Of a DNA stretch of 64,000 nt, positions 19,623-32,487 are shown in pieces. The stretch covers positions 525,691 to 589,690 of the forward strand of contig JAYPQE010000003.1 of the NCBI GenBank assembly GCA_038131795.1, written 5' to 3'. Under the pieces are notes generated by a model. That model searched no databases. It was not told where the DNA came from and saw only the letters and a list, made by a program, of their open reading frames with translations. Within the stretch, counting starts at the first letter, position 1. Every line of letters starts with the position of its first letter. Both the position numbers and the translations under genes were made by a program. This DNA is from Candidatus Eutrophobius brisbanensis (GTDB lineage: Bacteria; Pseudomonadota; Gammaproteobacteria; Eutrophobiales; Eutrophobiaceae).

Positions 19623-20419
19623 ATTCTGTACGCGTATTTTCTTAATGCCCTTTGTAGTAGCAGACCTGTAAGTAATGTTCCGATAATAGTAAAAAATAAA
19701 TACTTATAATCAACATAAATAGTGTCATAAGAAACAAAGTATGAACTTCGTATAAATTCTATGATTTGTAGCAGGGGATTGAGAGTCGCATATGGTCTTG
19801 CTTCTTCAGGGATCATATCTACGGTAAAAAATACACCAGATAAAAAGAAAAGAGGCCTAAGGTATACTGTTTGAACTAATATTTGAAGAGATGGAAATAA
19901 AGGGATAAGTGCGCCGAGCCCAACTCCGATTCCAAAGGCATAAATACTTATCATAAGGAGCCCCACAAATATTGCTAGAGGACTTTGCACTACAACATTT
20001 TCATAACCAGTATAGAAGATGAGTAGAACGAGTGAAGGGAATACAATTAATGTTGTAGAAAATTCTAATAGAGTCCTGGCAGTAAAGAAATCCATTATTT
20101 GAACTTGGGGGAAATATAATAATTGTAAGTTTCGACGCACGCCTGTCATTAGTTGTGTGACAATATCGCGAAATAGCATAAAAGGAATAAATCCACTAAT
20201 TAAAAATTGGGACAGGGGCATGCCCGGAATATCCCTCATGCGGATATATTTAAAGACAAGACTTAATACAGTGATTACAAGTATGGGCTCTAAAAATGCC
20301 CAAAGATACCCAATTTGTAAACGTCCATAACGTGTTTTGGTTTCTCTTAATATTAGAGCAAAATTTACCCGGCAGATGGTGCGTAAGGCATCAGATAATT
20401 TAGGCTGGATATACTCCAC
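19619..20419 (-). CDS. kpsM: Capsule polysaccharide ABC-2 permease
   Basis: Six predicted TM helices, ABC-2 family size (266 aa). Translationally coupled to kpsT. Confidence 0.85.
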   Translation of the reverse strand: MEYIQPKLSDALRTICRVNFALILRETKTRYGRLQIGYLWAFLEPILVITVLSLVFKYIRMRDIPGMPLSQFLISGFIPFMLFRDIVTQLMTGVRRNLQLLYFPQVQIMDFFTARTLLEFSTTLIVFPSLVLLIFYTGYENVVVQSPLAIFVGLLMISIYAFGIGVGLGALIPLFPSLQILVQTVYLRPLFFLSGVFFTVDMIPEEARPYATLNPLLQIIEFIRSSYFVSYDTIYVDYKYLFFTIIGTLLTGLLLQRALRKYAYRI

Positions 20420-20636
20420 AGTAATTCTTACCGTTTTTAGTTATATTTTTAAATAGTTAATTATTTTCAATAATATAACTTATTGTTATTTATTGAGTTT
20501 TATGGATTTGGAGTATCGCAGAAAATATTCGGAAAAGCCAGAAAGTACAAGATAATAAATAACTATCTTATTGTTTTATATATAAAAAATGGCTTTTTAC
20601 TTAGTCAGGAATACTACGGAGAAGAGCAAGATCCGT

Positions 20637-21083
20637 TCACTTGGATAAAGAATCAATCATAATCTGCAAATCATTGGCCTTCTTTTTACTGCCACCCAGG
20701 AATCCTGGTGCATCAAGATAATATTGTTTTAAGTCCTTCAGGGCATCAAGGTTTGTCTCATCTAGTTCAACGGCTTTTTCAAAGGCCTTCCGAGTTTTTT
20801 TTGCCATTGACATTGCTGTTAGCCAGGCAGCGTTTTCAGCAATTCGCCCATAGCTTTTGCCCAGCCAGTGATAATAAGTTGAATTCTCTGAATCTTCATT
20901 AACAAGGTATTCAAAGACTTCTCTTGCCTGTTGGAATTTTTCTGCCTCATAAAACTTGATGCCATGGTCGAGCGAGATGTTCTTATCGTTCTGTGCAAAT
21001 AATGAATTTGAGATACAGCATAATAATATGCTGCATAAACATAGTTTATAATGGGAAATATTTGATATTGACTGTAATACCAT
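20637..21083 (-). CDS. Secreted TPR-like protein (hypothetical)
   Basis: Signal peptide 'LCLCSILLCCISNSLFAQ'. TPR-like 'FYEAEKFQQAREVFEYLV...YYHWLGKSYG'. Confidence 0.4.
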   Translation of the reverse strand: MVLQSISNISHYKLCLCSILLCCISNSLFAQNDKNISLDHGIKFYEAEKFQQAREVFEYLVNEDSENSTYYHWLGKSYGRIAENAAWLTAMSMAKKTRKAFEKAVELDETNLDALKDLKQYYLDAPGFLGGSKKKANDLQIMIDSLSK

Positions 21084-21170
21084 TCGTTTAAAGGACGCTG
21101 CCTATAATATTCAGAGATTTTATAATCCAAATATATAGACAAATAATGCTTTCTTGAGTTTCAGGATTAA

Positions 21171-21854
21171 TTAGTTATTGATAGATAGTAATTCAATGTC
21201 AAATATCAATGTTGAATTCGGTCCAATGTTGGGGCCAGCTTGTTGTTCACCATAAGCCAGGTTTGAGGGAACAAAAATCTGCCATTTTGAACCCACACTC
21301 ATGAGCGGCAAGGCTTCCTGCCAGCCAGGAATCACGCCATTGACCTGTAAGGTGACAGGTTGCCCGCGTGTATAGGAGCTATCAAACTCTGTCCCATCTA
21401 TTAAAGTCCCGCGATAGTGCACAACAACAGTATCACTTACTGCTGGTTTTTCTCCATCGCCATTAATGATGACCTTATACTGTAAGCCACTTTGTAACTC
21501 TATTACGTCACTGCTTTTTTTATTTTCGGCTAGAAAATTTTCGCCTTCAAGCTTGTTTCTGATTCCAGCAGCCTGTTGACGTTTTTGTTCACCTTCCTGA
21601 ACACTGTCGACTGCTGCCTGCATTTCCTGAACAGTCAATTTCAAACCAGATTGTCTGATAATATCAGAAAGCCCCAAAAGCAATGCATCTGTGTCTATAT
21701 CAACAGATTGCGTACTGATGTTTTGTCCGATTTGTTGGCCAAGTTGGACTCCCAAAGCGTAGCTGAAACGTTGGGTTTCAGATTGCAGGTTTTCCTGGGC
21801 AATTAAGGAAGAAGAAACAGAAAAGATTAGTAGAATTAAGTAGAAATATCTCAT
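21171..21854 (-). CDS. fkpA: FKBP-type peptidyl-prolyl cis-trans isomerase (Mip/FkpA family)
   Basis: Signal peptide. Dimerisation helix. FKBP domain 'VVVHYRGTLIDGTEFDSSY..GQPVTLQVNGVIPGWQEALPLMSVGSKWQIFVPSNLAYGEQQAGPNIGPNSTLIFDIELLSI', closely resembling Mip/FkpA. Confidence 0.85.
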   Translation of the reverse strand: MRYFYLILLIFSVSSSLIAQENLQSETQRFSYALGVQLGQQIGQNISTQSVDIDTDALLLGLSDIIRQSGLKLTVQEMQAAVDSVQEGEQKRQQAAGIRNKLEGENFLAENKKSSDVIELQSGLQYKVIINGDGEKPAVSDTVVVHYRGTLIDGTEFDSSYTRGQPVTLQVNGVIPGWQEALPLMSVGSKWQIFVPSNLAYGEQQAGPNIGPNSTLIFDIELLSINN

Positions 21855-22020
21855 TGGATAGGCCTTTTATATATTTGAATGATCGCAGTTTAAAGAAGAT
21901 TATATATAAGGTAAAGGAATGACCTGGATATAGGATCAGGCATGATCAGGGAGGATTTATTGGTCGACTTCCAATTTTCTCATAAGGTGTTATCTATGTG
22001 CCCTGTATATCTTCTAAAAA

Positions 22021-22097
22021 TTGGTCGGGGTGACAGGATTTGAACCTACGACCCCCACGTCCCGAACGTGGTGCTCTACCAGGCTGAGCTACACCCC
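22021..22097 (-). tRNA. tRNA-Pro (anticodon CGG)
   Basis: The reverse complement gives 'CGGGGTGTAGCTCAGCCTGGTAGAGCACCACGTTCGGGACGTGGGGGTCGTAGGTTCAAATCCTGTCACCCCGACCA'. Anticodon loop TTCGGGA. Cloverleaf and CCA end present. Confidence 0.85.
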
Positions 22098-22149
22098 GAC
22101 AAAAACAAATTCATAAAGTATCCGCCCTGTGGGCGGTATTTTTATTACT

Positions 22150-22176
22150 GGATTCCCGCCTGCGCGGGAATGACGG
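22150..22176. repeat. REP-like palindrome 'GGATTCCCGCCTGCGCGGGAATGACGG' (CGTCATTC family)
   Basis: Perfect 8-bp inverted repeat ATTCCCGC/GCGGGAAT with a 4-nt loop, next to a GTCATTC arm. Same family as the elements at 26388, 26468 and 32351. Confidence 0.6.
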
Positions 22177-22189
22177 CTATCTACGAATC

Positions 22190-23212
22190 TTAATGCGTAC
22201 GTTCTACCGCAAACTTTGCCAGGGTTATTAATGCCTGCTTGTAATTTGAATCAGGCAATCTGGCAATGGCATCAATGGCCTTTTCCGCTTCATCGTTTGC
22301 GCGTTCGGCAGTGTACGAGATTGCGCCGGTCTGTTCAATTGCCTCAAGTACCTGATCAATTTTATCGATGCCGCCATGTTCGATGGCATTTCGTATAACT
22401 ATGGAAGTAGATTGGTCACTGTGTTCCATGGCATAAATGAGTGGCAATGTGGGTTTACCCTCAGACAGGTCATCCCCGATATTTTTACCCAGGGTCTCAG
22501 CCGAGCTACTGTAATCCAGCACGTCATCGATTAGCTGATACGCCGTGCCCAGGTGGCGGCCATAAGAGGCGATGGCATGTTCATCTTCCAGGGGGCGGTG
22601 GCAAATGATGGCCCCGGATTGGGCTGCGGCCTCAAATAACTTGGCGGTCTTGTTCTGGATGACCTTCATATATCGCTCTTCTGTAGTGTCCGGGTCATGG
22701 CAATTAATGAGCTGCTGGACTTCACCCTCGGCAATGACGTTAGTGGTCTCAGACATGATCTCCATTATTCGCATGGAATTGACTTCCACCATCATCTGAA
22801 AGGCCCTGGAATAGAGAAAATCGCCCACCAGGACACTGGCTTGATTTCCCCAGCGTTGATTGGCAGTCTTTTGCCCCCGTCTTAGTAGCGAAGCATCCAC
22901 GACATCATCGTGGAGCAATGTCGCGGTATGGATAAATTCCACAATGGTGGCCATTTCAATATGCAGGTTGCCTCGATAGCTAAATAAGCCCGCACTGAGC
23001 AGCACCAGGGCGGGCCGTAGCCGTTTACCGCCACTATTGACGATATAACTGCTCAGCTGATTGATTAACTCCACCTCCGAATACAGGCGTTTTTCTATGA
23101 GTCGATTCACCATTTCCATATCGTTGGCGATTAGCTGCCGCACAGACTCGATATCCGCGGGTGTTTGTTGTGGTTCTTTTGTCTTATTTTCCTGGGTTTT
23201 TAGTGTATTCAT
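22190..23212 (-). CDS. ispB: Octaprenyl-diphosphate synthase
   Basis: Polyprenyl synthase motifs 'LLHDDVVD' and 'IDDVLD'. Length and context (upstream of rplU) fit ispB. Confidence 0.9.
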   Translation of the reverse strand: MNTLKTQENKTKEPQQTPADIESVRQLIANDMEMVNRLIEKRLYSEVELINQLSSYIVNSGGKRLRPALVLLSAGLFSYRGNLHIEMATIVEFIHTATLLHDDVVDASLLRRGQKTANQRWGNQASVLVGDFLYSRAFQMMVEVNSMRIMEIMSETTNVIAEGEVQQLINCHDPDTTEERYMKVIQNKTAKLFEAAAQSGAIICHRPLEDEHAIASYGRHLGTAYQLIDDVLDYSSSAETLGKNIGDDLSEGKPTLPLIYAMEHSDQSTSIVIRNAIEHGGIDKIDQVLEAIEQTGAISYTAERANDEAEKAIDAIARLPDSNYKQALITLAKFAVERTH

Positions 23213-23439
23213 GTGACATCTCTAGGGAATACCGCGTATTTTGCCAATTTAGTGGACGAATTGTTACTGATTTTTCATCGAGAAACAGTGAATTGAATGA
23301 AATGAAGGAGTTCACAGAAATTTCCTGAAATTGTAAAAAATACCTTAAAAAACATGAATTTTGACTTGTATCTCGGGCTACATTTCCTTAGAATCTGCAA
23401 CCTTTCTAATTAGTCGTCAGTAGATTTTGGAGACCAAAG

Positions 23440-23751
23440 ATGTACGCAGTCATTAAAAGCGGTGGCAAACAATACCGGGTAAAGCAGGGTGATACCATCA
23501 AGGTGGAAAAGTTGACCGCAGATGAAGGTTCAGACATAAAACTTGAGGATGTCATACTGGTAGCGGATGGAGACAATATCAAGGTCGGTAAGCCGACTTT
23601 GGAGGGTGCATCTGTATCGGCAACGGTCAAATCTCATGGCCGCGGGCCGAAAGTCAATATCATTAAAATGAAACGCCGTAAGCACTACCGTCGTCAAATG
23701 GGACACCGTCAGGGCTATACCGAGTTGGCGATAACCGGTATCAACGCGTAA
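23440..23751 (+). CDS. rplU: 50S ribosomal protein L21
   Basis: '[25 protein letters not shown]' is a canonical L21 N-terminus. Confidence 0.95.
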   Translation: MYAVIKSGGKQYRVKQGDTIKVEKLTADEGSDIKLEDVILVADGDNIKVGKPTLEGASVSATVKSHGRGPKVNIIKMKRRKHYRRQMGHRQGYTELAITGINA

Positions 23752-23770
23752 CCAGTGGAGAACTAGCAAA

Positions 23771-24028
23771 ATGGCACATAAAAAAGCAGGTGGTAGTACT
23801 CGAAACGGTCGCGATTCAGAATCAAAACGTCTGGGCGTGAAAAAATTTGGCGGTGAAGTAGTTAAAGCGGGAAACATTATCGTCAGACAGCGTGGCACCA
23901 AGATGCATCCCGGGACCAATGTGGGTTGTGGCAAAGACTATACCTTGTTTGCCACAGCAGACGGCCAGGTTAAATTTGAAAAGAAGGGTCCAAAGAACAG
24001 GACATTTGTCAGCGTGGTGGCAGGCTGA
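23771..24028 (+). CDS. rpmA: 50S ribosomal protein L27
   Basis: '[29 protein letters not shown]' is a canonical L27. Confidence 0.95.
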   Translation: MAHKKAGGSTRNGRDSESKRLGVKKFGGEVVKAGNIIVRQRGTKMHPGTNVGCGKDYTLFATADGQVKFEKKGPKNRTFVSVVAG

Positions 24029-24052
24029 GTAGTAAGATAATATCTAATGTCT

Positions 24053-24080
24053 AAAACCCCGCCACTGAGCGGGGTTTTTT
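24053..24080 (+). terminator. Rho-independent terminator/attenuator after rpmA
   Basis: 'AAAACCCCGCCACTGAGCGGGGTTTTTT': GC hairpin followed by a T-run, with an A-tract upstream. Lies between rpmA and obgE. Confidence 0.6.
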
Positions 24081-24194
24081 ATTTGCAGATTCATATCAGG
24101 AACAGTTAATTAAAATATAATAGACAGGATTAACAAAATTTACAGGATTAGAGGTTTATCCAAAGATATTTTTTTTATCTTGTAAACCCTGTAA

Positions 24195-26373
<2,179 letters not shown>

Positions 26374-26387
26374 TAACTGCGGTAATT

Positions 26388-26445
26388 CGTCATTCTCGCA
26401 AAAAGCCAATACCGGCACAGAGTTGAGCCGGGCGTGGAATGAGCC
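26388..26445. repeat. REP/MITE-like imperfect palindrome (CGTCATTCTCGC...GCGTGGAATGAG)
   Basis: 'CGTCATTC' head with ATTCTCGC / GCGTGGAAT inverted arms around a ~35-nt loop. In the proB-rpsT convergent gap. Confidence 0.5.
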
Positions 26446-26467
26446 TTCCTATTAGAAAGTGATTACT

Positions 26468-26493
26468 CGTCATTCTGGCGAAAGCCAGAATCT
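26468..26493. repeat. REP-like palindrome 'CGTCATTCTGGCGAAAGCCAGAATCT'
   Basis: Perfect ATTCTGGC-GAAA-GCCAGAAT hairpin with a CGTCATTC head. Confidence 0.6.
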
Positions 26494-26577
26494 AATAGAT
26501 TAAAGTGCGCCAAGGGCGCTCATTATGAGCGAACTTTAGCCTCAGCGATTAAGATAATGACCAGAAGCTAGTGGTTT

Positions 26578-26841
26578 TTAAGCCAAAGCAAGAATTTGTT
26601 TGTTTAACCGGCTCTTATGACGGGCAGCCTTGTTACGATGGATTAGACCCTTGTTTGCCATCTGGTCAATGACAGGAACGGCTTCCTGATAGGCGGATTG
26701 TGCGGCTGATTTGTCGCCTTTTTGTATGGCTAAAATAACGTGTTTGATCTGACTACGTAAAAAAGACCGCTGGCTGGCATTACGTCCACGGCGGACAATT
26801 GCCTGGCGGGCCCTTTTCTTGGCTGATTGAATGTTGGCCAA
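26578..26841 (-). CDS. rpsT: 30S ribosomal protein S20
   Basis: 'MANIQSAKKRARQAIVRRGRNASQRS' is a canonical S20. Confidence 0.95.
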   Translation of the reverse strand: MANIQSAKKRARQAIVRRGRNASQRSFLRSQIKHVILAIQKGDKSAAQSAYQEAVPVIDQMANKGLIHRNKAARHKSRLNKQILALA

Positions 26842-27015
26842 TGCAAACTCCTGAATTAATTAATGAATGAAAGGCGCGCACTATGCTGATTTAGCAGCAA
26901 TTTGTCAATCCTTGCGTCGGATTATGATATCCTCCCAAAGGTGAATATTTCTTATATAAACAACCAGATAAGCATTTTTTATAATGTGATGCTGGAAATA
27001 CAGGTAAAGCGATAA

Positions 27016-28557
27016 ATGGCCAGTATGCTCAAATCTACCCGTCTGGTGGGTGGTATGACGATAATTTCTCGGGTATTTGGCATGATCCGCGACATCATCC
27101 TGGCCCGCCTGTTCGGGGCCGGGCTGGGCTTTGATGTCTTTATCGTGGCGTTTAGGATACCCAATTTTCTACGCCGGTTATTTGCTGAAGGCGGCTTTTC
27201 CCAGGCCTTTGTCCCGGTCCTGTCTGAATATCGTGAAAAACGTGATAAGGAAGAGGTGCGTGCGTTAATCGATCAGACCGGGGCCACACTGGGACTGATT
27301 CTATTAATTATTAGTGCCCTCGGTGTCATTTTGGCACCGCTACTGATTGGCATATTTGCCCCTGGGTTTATAGGTGAGACTGAGAAGTTCGAGCTGGCCT
27401 CAAAGATGTTGCAGGTGACATTTCCTTATATCCTGTTTATCTCCCTGACGGCCTTTGCCGGCGCCATTCTCAATACCTATCATAACTTTGGCGTCCCGGC
27501 ATTTACTCCTGTTTTACTCAACCTGTCACTTATTGGTTGTGCCATCTGGTTGGCCCCCACATTTCCGGAAGGGCAACAGGTAGTCGCTCTGGCTTGGGGG
27601 GTGTTGATCGCCGGCGTTATACAGTTAAGTTTCCAGGTGCCATTTTTACTGAAGATCAAATTGTTACCCATTCCTCGTTTCAACCGTGACAGGGAAGGGG
27701 TAAACAAAATAATGAAGTTGATGTTGCCCACCTTGTTTGCCGTGTCTATTACCCAGATAAATTTATTAATTGATACGTTGATAGCATCGTTTTTACAGAC
27801 TGGCAGTATCTCCTGGCTGTACTACTCTGACCGTATGGTTGAATTACCATTGGGTGTATTTGGTGTGGCCCTGGCAACAGTGATCCTGCCGAACCTCTCC
27901 ACCGAACATGCCAGGGGGAACAATGCTACCTTCAGTGGTATCGTTTCCTGGGCCCTGGGTCTGGTCTTTATGATAGCCATACCCGCTGCAGCAGGCCTTG
28001 CCTTGTTATCAGTACCCATATTGACGACGTTGTTCCAGTATGCCGAATTCACCACCCATGATGTGATCATGTCCAGTAAGAGCCTGATGGCCTATGCAAT
28101 CGGTTTGCCGGGTTTCATCCTGATCAAGGTATTTTCCTCGGCGTTCTTTTCCCGGCAGGATACCAGTACCCCGGTGAAGATCGCGGCCATAGCTATGGTC
28201 GCGAATATTGTGCTTAATCTCCTGTTGGTAGGATATTTTCAGCATGCTGGCCTGGCATTGGCATCATCCTTATCGGCTTACCTGAATTCAGGACTGTTAT
28301 ATATGAAATTAAGACAGTCCGGGATATTTGTGTCGCTGAAACCAGAGATCAAAATGCTACGCATTGCCTTTATTGCCGTAATTCTAATGTCAGTATTTTT
28401 ATTGGTACTGACGCCAGAACAGGATATATGGTTTCAATGGGACGTATATCAACGTGTAATGCAATTGGTCCTCTGGATTGTTGCTGGTATTGTCACCTAT
28501 ACTGCTGGCATTTTTATCCAGGGAGTTCGTTTGCGGGACCTGACCTCACCAAAGTAA
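27016..28557 (+). CDS. murJ: Lipid II flippase MurJ (MviN)
   Basis: 'MASMLKSTRLVGGMTIISRVFGMIRDIILARLFGAG'. 14-TM MOP family. Divergent from rpsT. Confidence 0.9.
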   Translation: MASMLKSTRLVGGMTIISRVFGMIRDIILARLFGAGLGFDVFIVAFRIPNFLRRLFAEGGFSQAFVPVLSEYREKRDKEEVRALIDQTGATLGLILLIISALGVILAPLLIGIFAPGFIGETEKFELASKMLQVTFPYILFISLTAFAGAILNTYHNFGVPAFTPVLLNLSLIGCAIWLAPTFPEGQQVVALAWGVLIAGVIQLSFQVPFLLKIKLLPIPRFNRDREGVNKIMKLMLPTLFAVSITQINLLIDTLIASFLQTGSISWLYYSDRMVELPLGVFGVALATVILPNLSTEHARGNNATFSGIVSWALGLVFMIAIPAAAGLALLSVPILTTLFQYAEFTTHDVIMSSKSLMAYAIGLPGFILIKVFSSAFFSRQDTSTPVKIAAIAMVANIVLNLLLVGYFQHAGLALASSLSAYLNSGLLYMKLRQSGIFVSLKPEIKMLRIAFIAVILMSVFLLVLTPEQDIWFQWDVYQRVMQLVLWIVAGIVTYTAGIFIQGVRLRDLTSPK

Positions 28558-28561
28558 TAAT

Positions 28562-29494
28562 ATGAAAGTAATCCGAGGAATCTCAGCTATAAGAAAGCAT
28601 GCGCCCTGTGTGTTGAGTGTAGGCAATTTTGATGGCCTGCACAGGGGACATCAATCAATCATCAGGCAGTTAACAGATTATGCCAGTCAGCATAATGTGA
28701 CACCTGTGATGATGACGTTTGAACCATACCCTATGGAGTATTTTTCTCCGCAAACAGCACCGGTGCGATTGACAGATTTCAGGCAAAAGCTTGAGCTTTT
28801 AGCAAAGATGAATATCAGTAATGTGATTTGTCTTAGGTTTAATGATGCATTGGCATCTGTGACGGCCAGGTCTTTTGTTGAAGATATTCTGGTGGAGAAA
28901 TTAAATGTTCAGGGCTTGATTGTGGGAGACGATTTCAGATTTGGTAACAAGCGAGAAGGGGATATAGACCTGCTGAGAGAAATGTCAGAGAAGTATAAAT
29001 TTGAACTTATCCCCGTTGAGACATTTCATTATAATGGCATGCGAGTCAGTAGCAGCCTGGTGAGAGGCCATTTGGCCCTGGGAGATTTTAACCTCGTCAG
29101 TGAATTGCTTGGCCGACCTTATACAATTGATGGCACGGTGATTCATGGTGATAAGCTAGGTAGAGAACTGGGATATCCCACCGCAAATATTGCCTGTAGA
29201 AGGGTAAACTACCCGTTATCCGGTGTATTTGTCGTCAGGATCCATGGTCTGAATGATACAATCTACGATGGTGTCGCGAGTATCGGTACCCGGCCTGTAT
29301 TTAACGGTGTAAAAATGCTACTGGAAGTGAATATTTTTGATTTTCAACAGGAAATTTATGGAAAGCGTATCAGTGTGGAGTTCTGTAAAAAACTGCGGGA
29401 TGAACAGCAGTTCCATTCAGTGGAAGCATTGTGTGAGCAAATAACCGCCGATGTAAAAAAGTCAAAAGCGTACTTCAATCAAACTAATCAATAA
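28562..29494 (+). CDS. ribF: Bifunctional riboflavin kinase / FMN adenylyltransferase
   Basis: 'LSVGNFDGLHRGHQ', riboflavin kinase C-terminal domain. Precedes ileS. Confidence 0.9.
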   Translation: MKVIRGISAIRKHAPCVLSVGNFDGLHRGHQSIIRQLTDYASQHNVTPVMMTFEPYPMEYFSPQTAPVRLTDFRQKLELLAKMNISNVICLRFNDALASVTARSFVEDILVEKLNVQGLIVGDDFRFGNKREGDIDLLREMSEKYKFELIPVETFHYNGMRVSSSLVRGHLALGDFNLVSELLGRPYTIDGTVIHGDKLGRELGYPTANIACRRVNYPLSGVFVVRIHGLNDTIYDGVASIGTRPVFNGVKMLLEVNIFDFQQEIYGKRISVEFCKKLRDEQQFHSVEALCEQITADVKKSKAYFNQTNQ

Positions 29495-29512
29495 CAATTT
29501 AATTATTAACTA

Positions 29513-32332
29513 ATGTCAAATTATAAAGATTCATTAAACCTTCCAAAAACGGACTTCCCCATGAAAGGTAATCTTTCCCGCCGGGAACCTGAGACCTTAC
29601 AACGATGGAAGGTGACAAAACTCTATGAAAAGATCCGCGAGGCCAAATCCGGGAAGCCTGCTTATATCCTTCATGATGGACCTCCTTATGCCAATGGGGA
29701 GATCCACATTGGTCACGCAGTAAACAAAATATTAAAAGACATCATCATCAAGGCAAAGGGATTGAGTGGGTATGATGCCCCCTATGTCCCTGGTTGGGAT
29801 TGCCATGGACTGCCTATTGAATTACAGGTGGAAAAAAAGATCGGTAAAGCCGGCCATAAGGTCGATACCCATACCTTTCGAGACCATTGCCGAAAATACG
29901 CTGCTAAACAAATAGACAGTCAACGGGAAGACTTTATTCGTTTAGGTGTGCTGGGTGACTGGGACAAGCCGTATACCACCATGGCGTTTGAGACCGAGGC
30001 CAATATCGTCCGAGCCCTGGGTAAGATGATCCAGGCAGGGCACCTGATTAAAGGGTACAAACCGGTTTATTGGTGTACTGACTGTGGTTCGGCGCTGGCT
30101 GAAGCAGAAGTTGAATATCAGGACAAACAATCCCCTTCGGTGGATGTAAGATTTTCCGTAGTGGACCTGGATGATTTTGCAACAAAATCTGGGATAGAGA
30201 GTGAGATATTAAAAGAAGGTGACATCTCACTGGTGATCTGGACGACAACGCCCTGGACATTACCGGCAAACCAGGCAGTGGCACTAAATCCCGCACTTGA
30301 ATACCAACTGCTAAAAATTGAATTAGATACAGGTGTGAAATTTATTTTACTGGCAACTGATTTAATTGATTCGGCCATGGCCCGCTATCAGATCGATAAT
30401 TTTGAAAGTATTAAGACGATTAAAGGTCAGGATCTTGAGGGGCTGATACTTTCACATCCATTTTATGACCGTGAAGTCCCTGTGGTCCTGGGTGATCATG
30501 TGACCACGGAATCCGGTACCGGTGCCGTGCACACAGCACCCGGTCACGGAATGGACGACTATGTGGTGGGCGTACATTACGGACTGAAAGTTGAAAATCC
30601 TGTCGCGGCCAATGGTTGTTTTGTAGAAGGTACAGAATATTTCGCGGGTGAATATGTCTTTAAGGCCAATGACCATGTAATAGAAGTGTTAACCAATAAT
30701 AATAAACTGCTGGCGCATAAGACCATAGATCACAGTTATCCCCATTGCTGGCGCCATAAAACGCCTATTATCTTTCGCGCGACCCCACAGTGGTTTTTCA
30801 GTATGGATGATAAGGGCCTGCGCGCTAAGGCACTGGATCAGATTAAAAAAGTCGCATGGACCCCGGATTGGGGCCAGCAGCGGATTGAAAAGATGGTGGC
30901 CGATCGTACAGACTGGTGTATCTCACGGCAACGTACCTGGGGTGTCCCTATAGCAGTCTTTATCCATTGTGAAACCGGAGAGCTGCACCCAGATACTGAA
31001 CTACTCATGGAGCAGGCGGCAAAACTGATCGAAAATGAAGGTATTGATGCCTGGCATGAACTGGATATGGAGGCATTACTCGGTGACGATGCCAGTCAAT
31101 ATGAAAAGGTTGAAGATATCCTGGATGTCTGGTTTGATTCAGGGGTCACGCATGCCACAGTGCTGGAAGCAGACGAGAGGCTACAATTCCCCGCCGATCT
31201 CTATCTAGAGGGATCAGATCAACATAGAGGATGGTTTCAATCTTCACTTTTGACTTCTGTTGGGATGAACGGTGTTGCATCGTATAAGAATGTATTAACA
31301 CATGGATTTACCGTGGATGCCCAGGGCAAGAAAATGTCCAAGTCAAAAGGCAACGTGGTTGCACCACAAAAGGTTATGAATACTCTGGGGGCAGATATTC
31401 TTCGGCTCTGGGTGGCCGCAACAGATTATCGTGGCGAAATGAGTGTCTCGGATGAGATTATGAAACGCACGGCCGATGCCTACCGCCGTATCCGAAATAC
31501 CTCCCGGTATTTGCTTGCAAACCTGGACGGGTTTGACCCAAACCAACACCTGGTGTCGGCAGATGAATTGCTCGAGCTGGATGCCTGGGTACTGTTTAAA
31601 ACACGTGAACTTCAGGAAGAAGTAATTGAAGCCTACGAAACCTTTCAGTTTCATCACATCTACCAGAAGCTTCATCACTTTTGTGTAGTGGTGATGGGGA
31701 ATTTTTATCTAGACATTATTAAAGACAGAATTTATACAACGCAAACCAATAGTATAGCAAGACGTTCATCACAAACTGTGCTGTATCATATTGTACATGC
31801 CTTTGTTCGTTGGATTGCGCCTATTCTAAGTTTTACCGCAGATGAGATCTGGCAGTATTTGCCGGACGAGTCTACCGAATCTGTTTTCCTGGATGAATGG
31901 TATCAGGGTATCCCTTTATTAGAGAATGTTGAGGATTCAAAATGGAACACTATCATCCAGGTGCGAGATGAAGTCAGTCGTGTCCTGGAGAAATTGCGTA
32001 AAGATGATTTAATCGGCGCGGGACTGGATGCAGAAGTGACATTATTCTGTGGCGGACAAATGCTGGAACATCTGGCCTCACTTGATGATGAAATACGTTT
32101 TGTGTTGATTACCTCCGCTGCTAATGTAAAGTCAGAACACGAAAGACCCGAGGATGCAGTTGAGTCTGAAATGTCGGGACTCTGGATCAAGGCTATACCT
32201 TCCAGGAAAGACAAATGTGTACGTTGCTGGCACCACCGCGAGGAGGTTGGAAAGAACGATATACACCCTGAATTATGTGGGCGTTGTATAGAGAATGTTG
32301 ACGGTAGTGGTGAAACCAGGAAGTTTGCCTGA
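29513..32332 (+). CDS. ileS: Isoleucine--tRNA ligase
   Basis: HIGH '[14 protein letters not shown]', KMSKS 'KMSKSKGN', C-terminal zinc-finger cysteines. 939 aa. Confidence 0.95.
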   Translation: MSNYKDSLNLPKTDFPMKGNLSRREPETLQRWKVTKLYEKIREAKSGKPAYILHDGPPYANGEIHIGHAVNKILKDIIIKAKGLSGYDAPYVPGWDCHGLPIELQVEKKIGKAGHKVDTHTFRDHCRKYAAKQIDSQREDFIRLGVLGDWDKPYTTMAFETEANIVRALGKMIQAGHLIKGYKPVYWCTDCGSALAEAEVEYQDKQSPSVDVRFSVVDLDDFATKSGIESEILKEGDISLVIWTTTPWTLPANQAVALNPALEYQLLKIELDTGVKFILLATDLIDSAMARYQIDNFESIKTIKGQDLEGLILSHPFYDREVPVVLGDHVTTESGTGAVHTAPGHGMDDYVVGVHYGLKVENPVAANGCFVEGTEYFAGEYVFKANDHVIEVLTNNNKLLAHKTIDHSYPHCWRHKTPIIFRATPQWFFSMDDKGLRAKALDQIKKVAWTPDWGQQRIEKMVADRTDWCISRQRTWGVPIAVFIHCETGELHPDTELLMEQAAKLIENEGIDAWHELDMEALLGDDASQYEKVEDILDVWFDSGVTHATVLEADERLQFPADLYLEGSDQHRGWFQSSLLTSVGMNGVASYKNVLTHGFTVDAQGKKMSKSKGNVVAPQKVMNTLGADILRLWVAATDYRGEMSVSDEIMKRTADAYRRIRNTSRYLLANLDGFDPNQHLVSADELLELDAWVLFKTRELQEEVIEAYETFQFHHIYQKLHHFCVVVMGNFYLDIIKDRIYTTQTNSIARRSSQTVLYHIVHAFVRWIAPILSFTADEIWQYLPDESTESVFLDEWYQGIPLLENVEDSKWNTIIQVRDEVSRVLEKLRKDDLIGAGLDAEVTLFCGGQMLEHLASLDDEIRFVLITSAANVKSEHERPEDAVESEMSGLWIKAIPSRKDKCVRCWHHREEVGKNDIHPELCGRCIENVDGSGETRKFA

Positions 32333-32350
32333 GGAAAATTTTACCATGTA

Positions 32351-32430
32351 CGTCATTCCGGTTAATCCGTTCACCGTCATTCCCGCGCAGAGCTTGCCCC
32401 TGTGGATTGTAGGCAGAGGCGGGAATCCAG
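32351..32430. repeat. MITE/REP-like element, CGTCATTC family (80 bp)
   Basis: 'CGTCATTCCGG...CGTCATTCCCGCGCAGAG...AGAGGCGGGAATCCAG'. Duplicated CGTCATTC head. ATTCCCGC/GCGGGAAT arms separated by ~40 nt. In the ileS-lspA gap. Confidence 0.55.
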
Positions 32431-32487
32431 TTAAATTAAAAATGTCCGTATTTTGGACATTATAAAGTTTGGAGATATCAATAATCC

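Noticed and set aside
22116-22143. Hairpin plus T-run 'CCGCCCTGTGGGCGGTATTTTT' next to tRNA-Pro
   Set aside because: It is terminator-like only on the plus strand, where no gene ends. On the minus strand (tRNA-Pro/ispB direction) there is no T-run. Function unclear, so not annotated.
23361-23394. Sigma70-like promoter upstream of rplU (TTGACT ... TAGAAT)
   Set aside because: Good hexamers, but the spacer is 22 nt, outside the 16-19 nt range. Not called.
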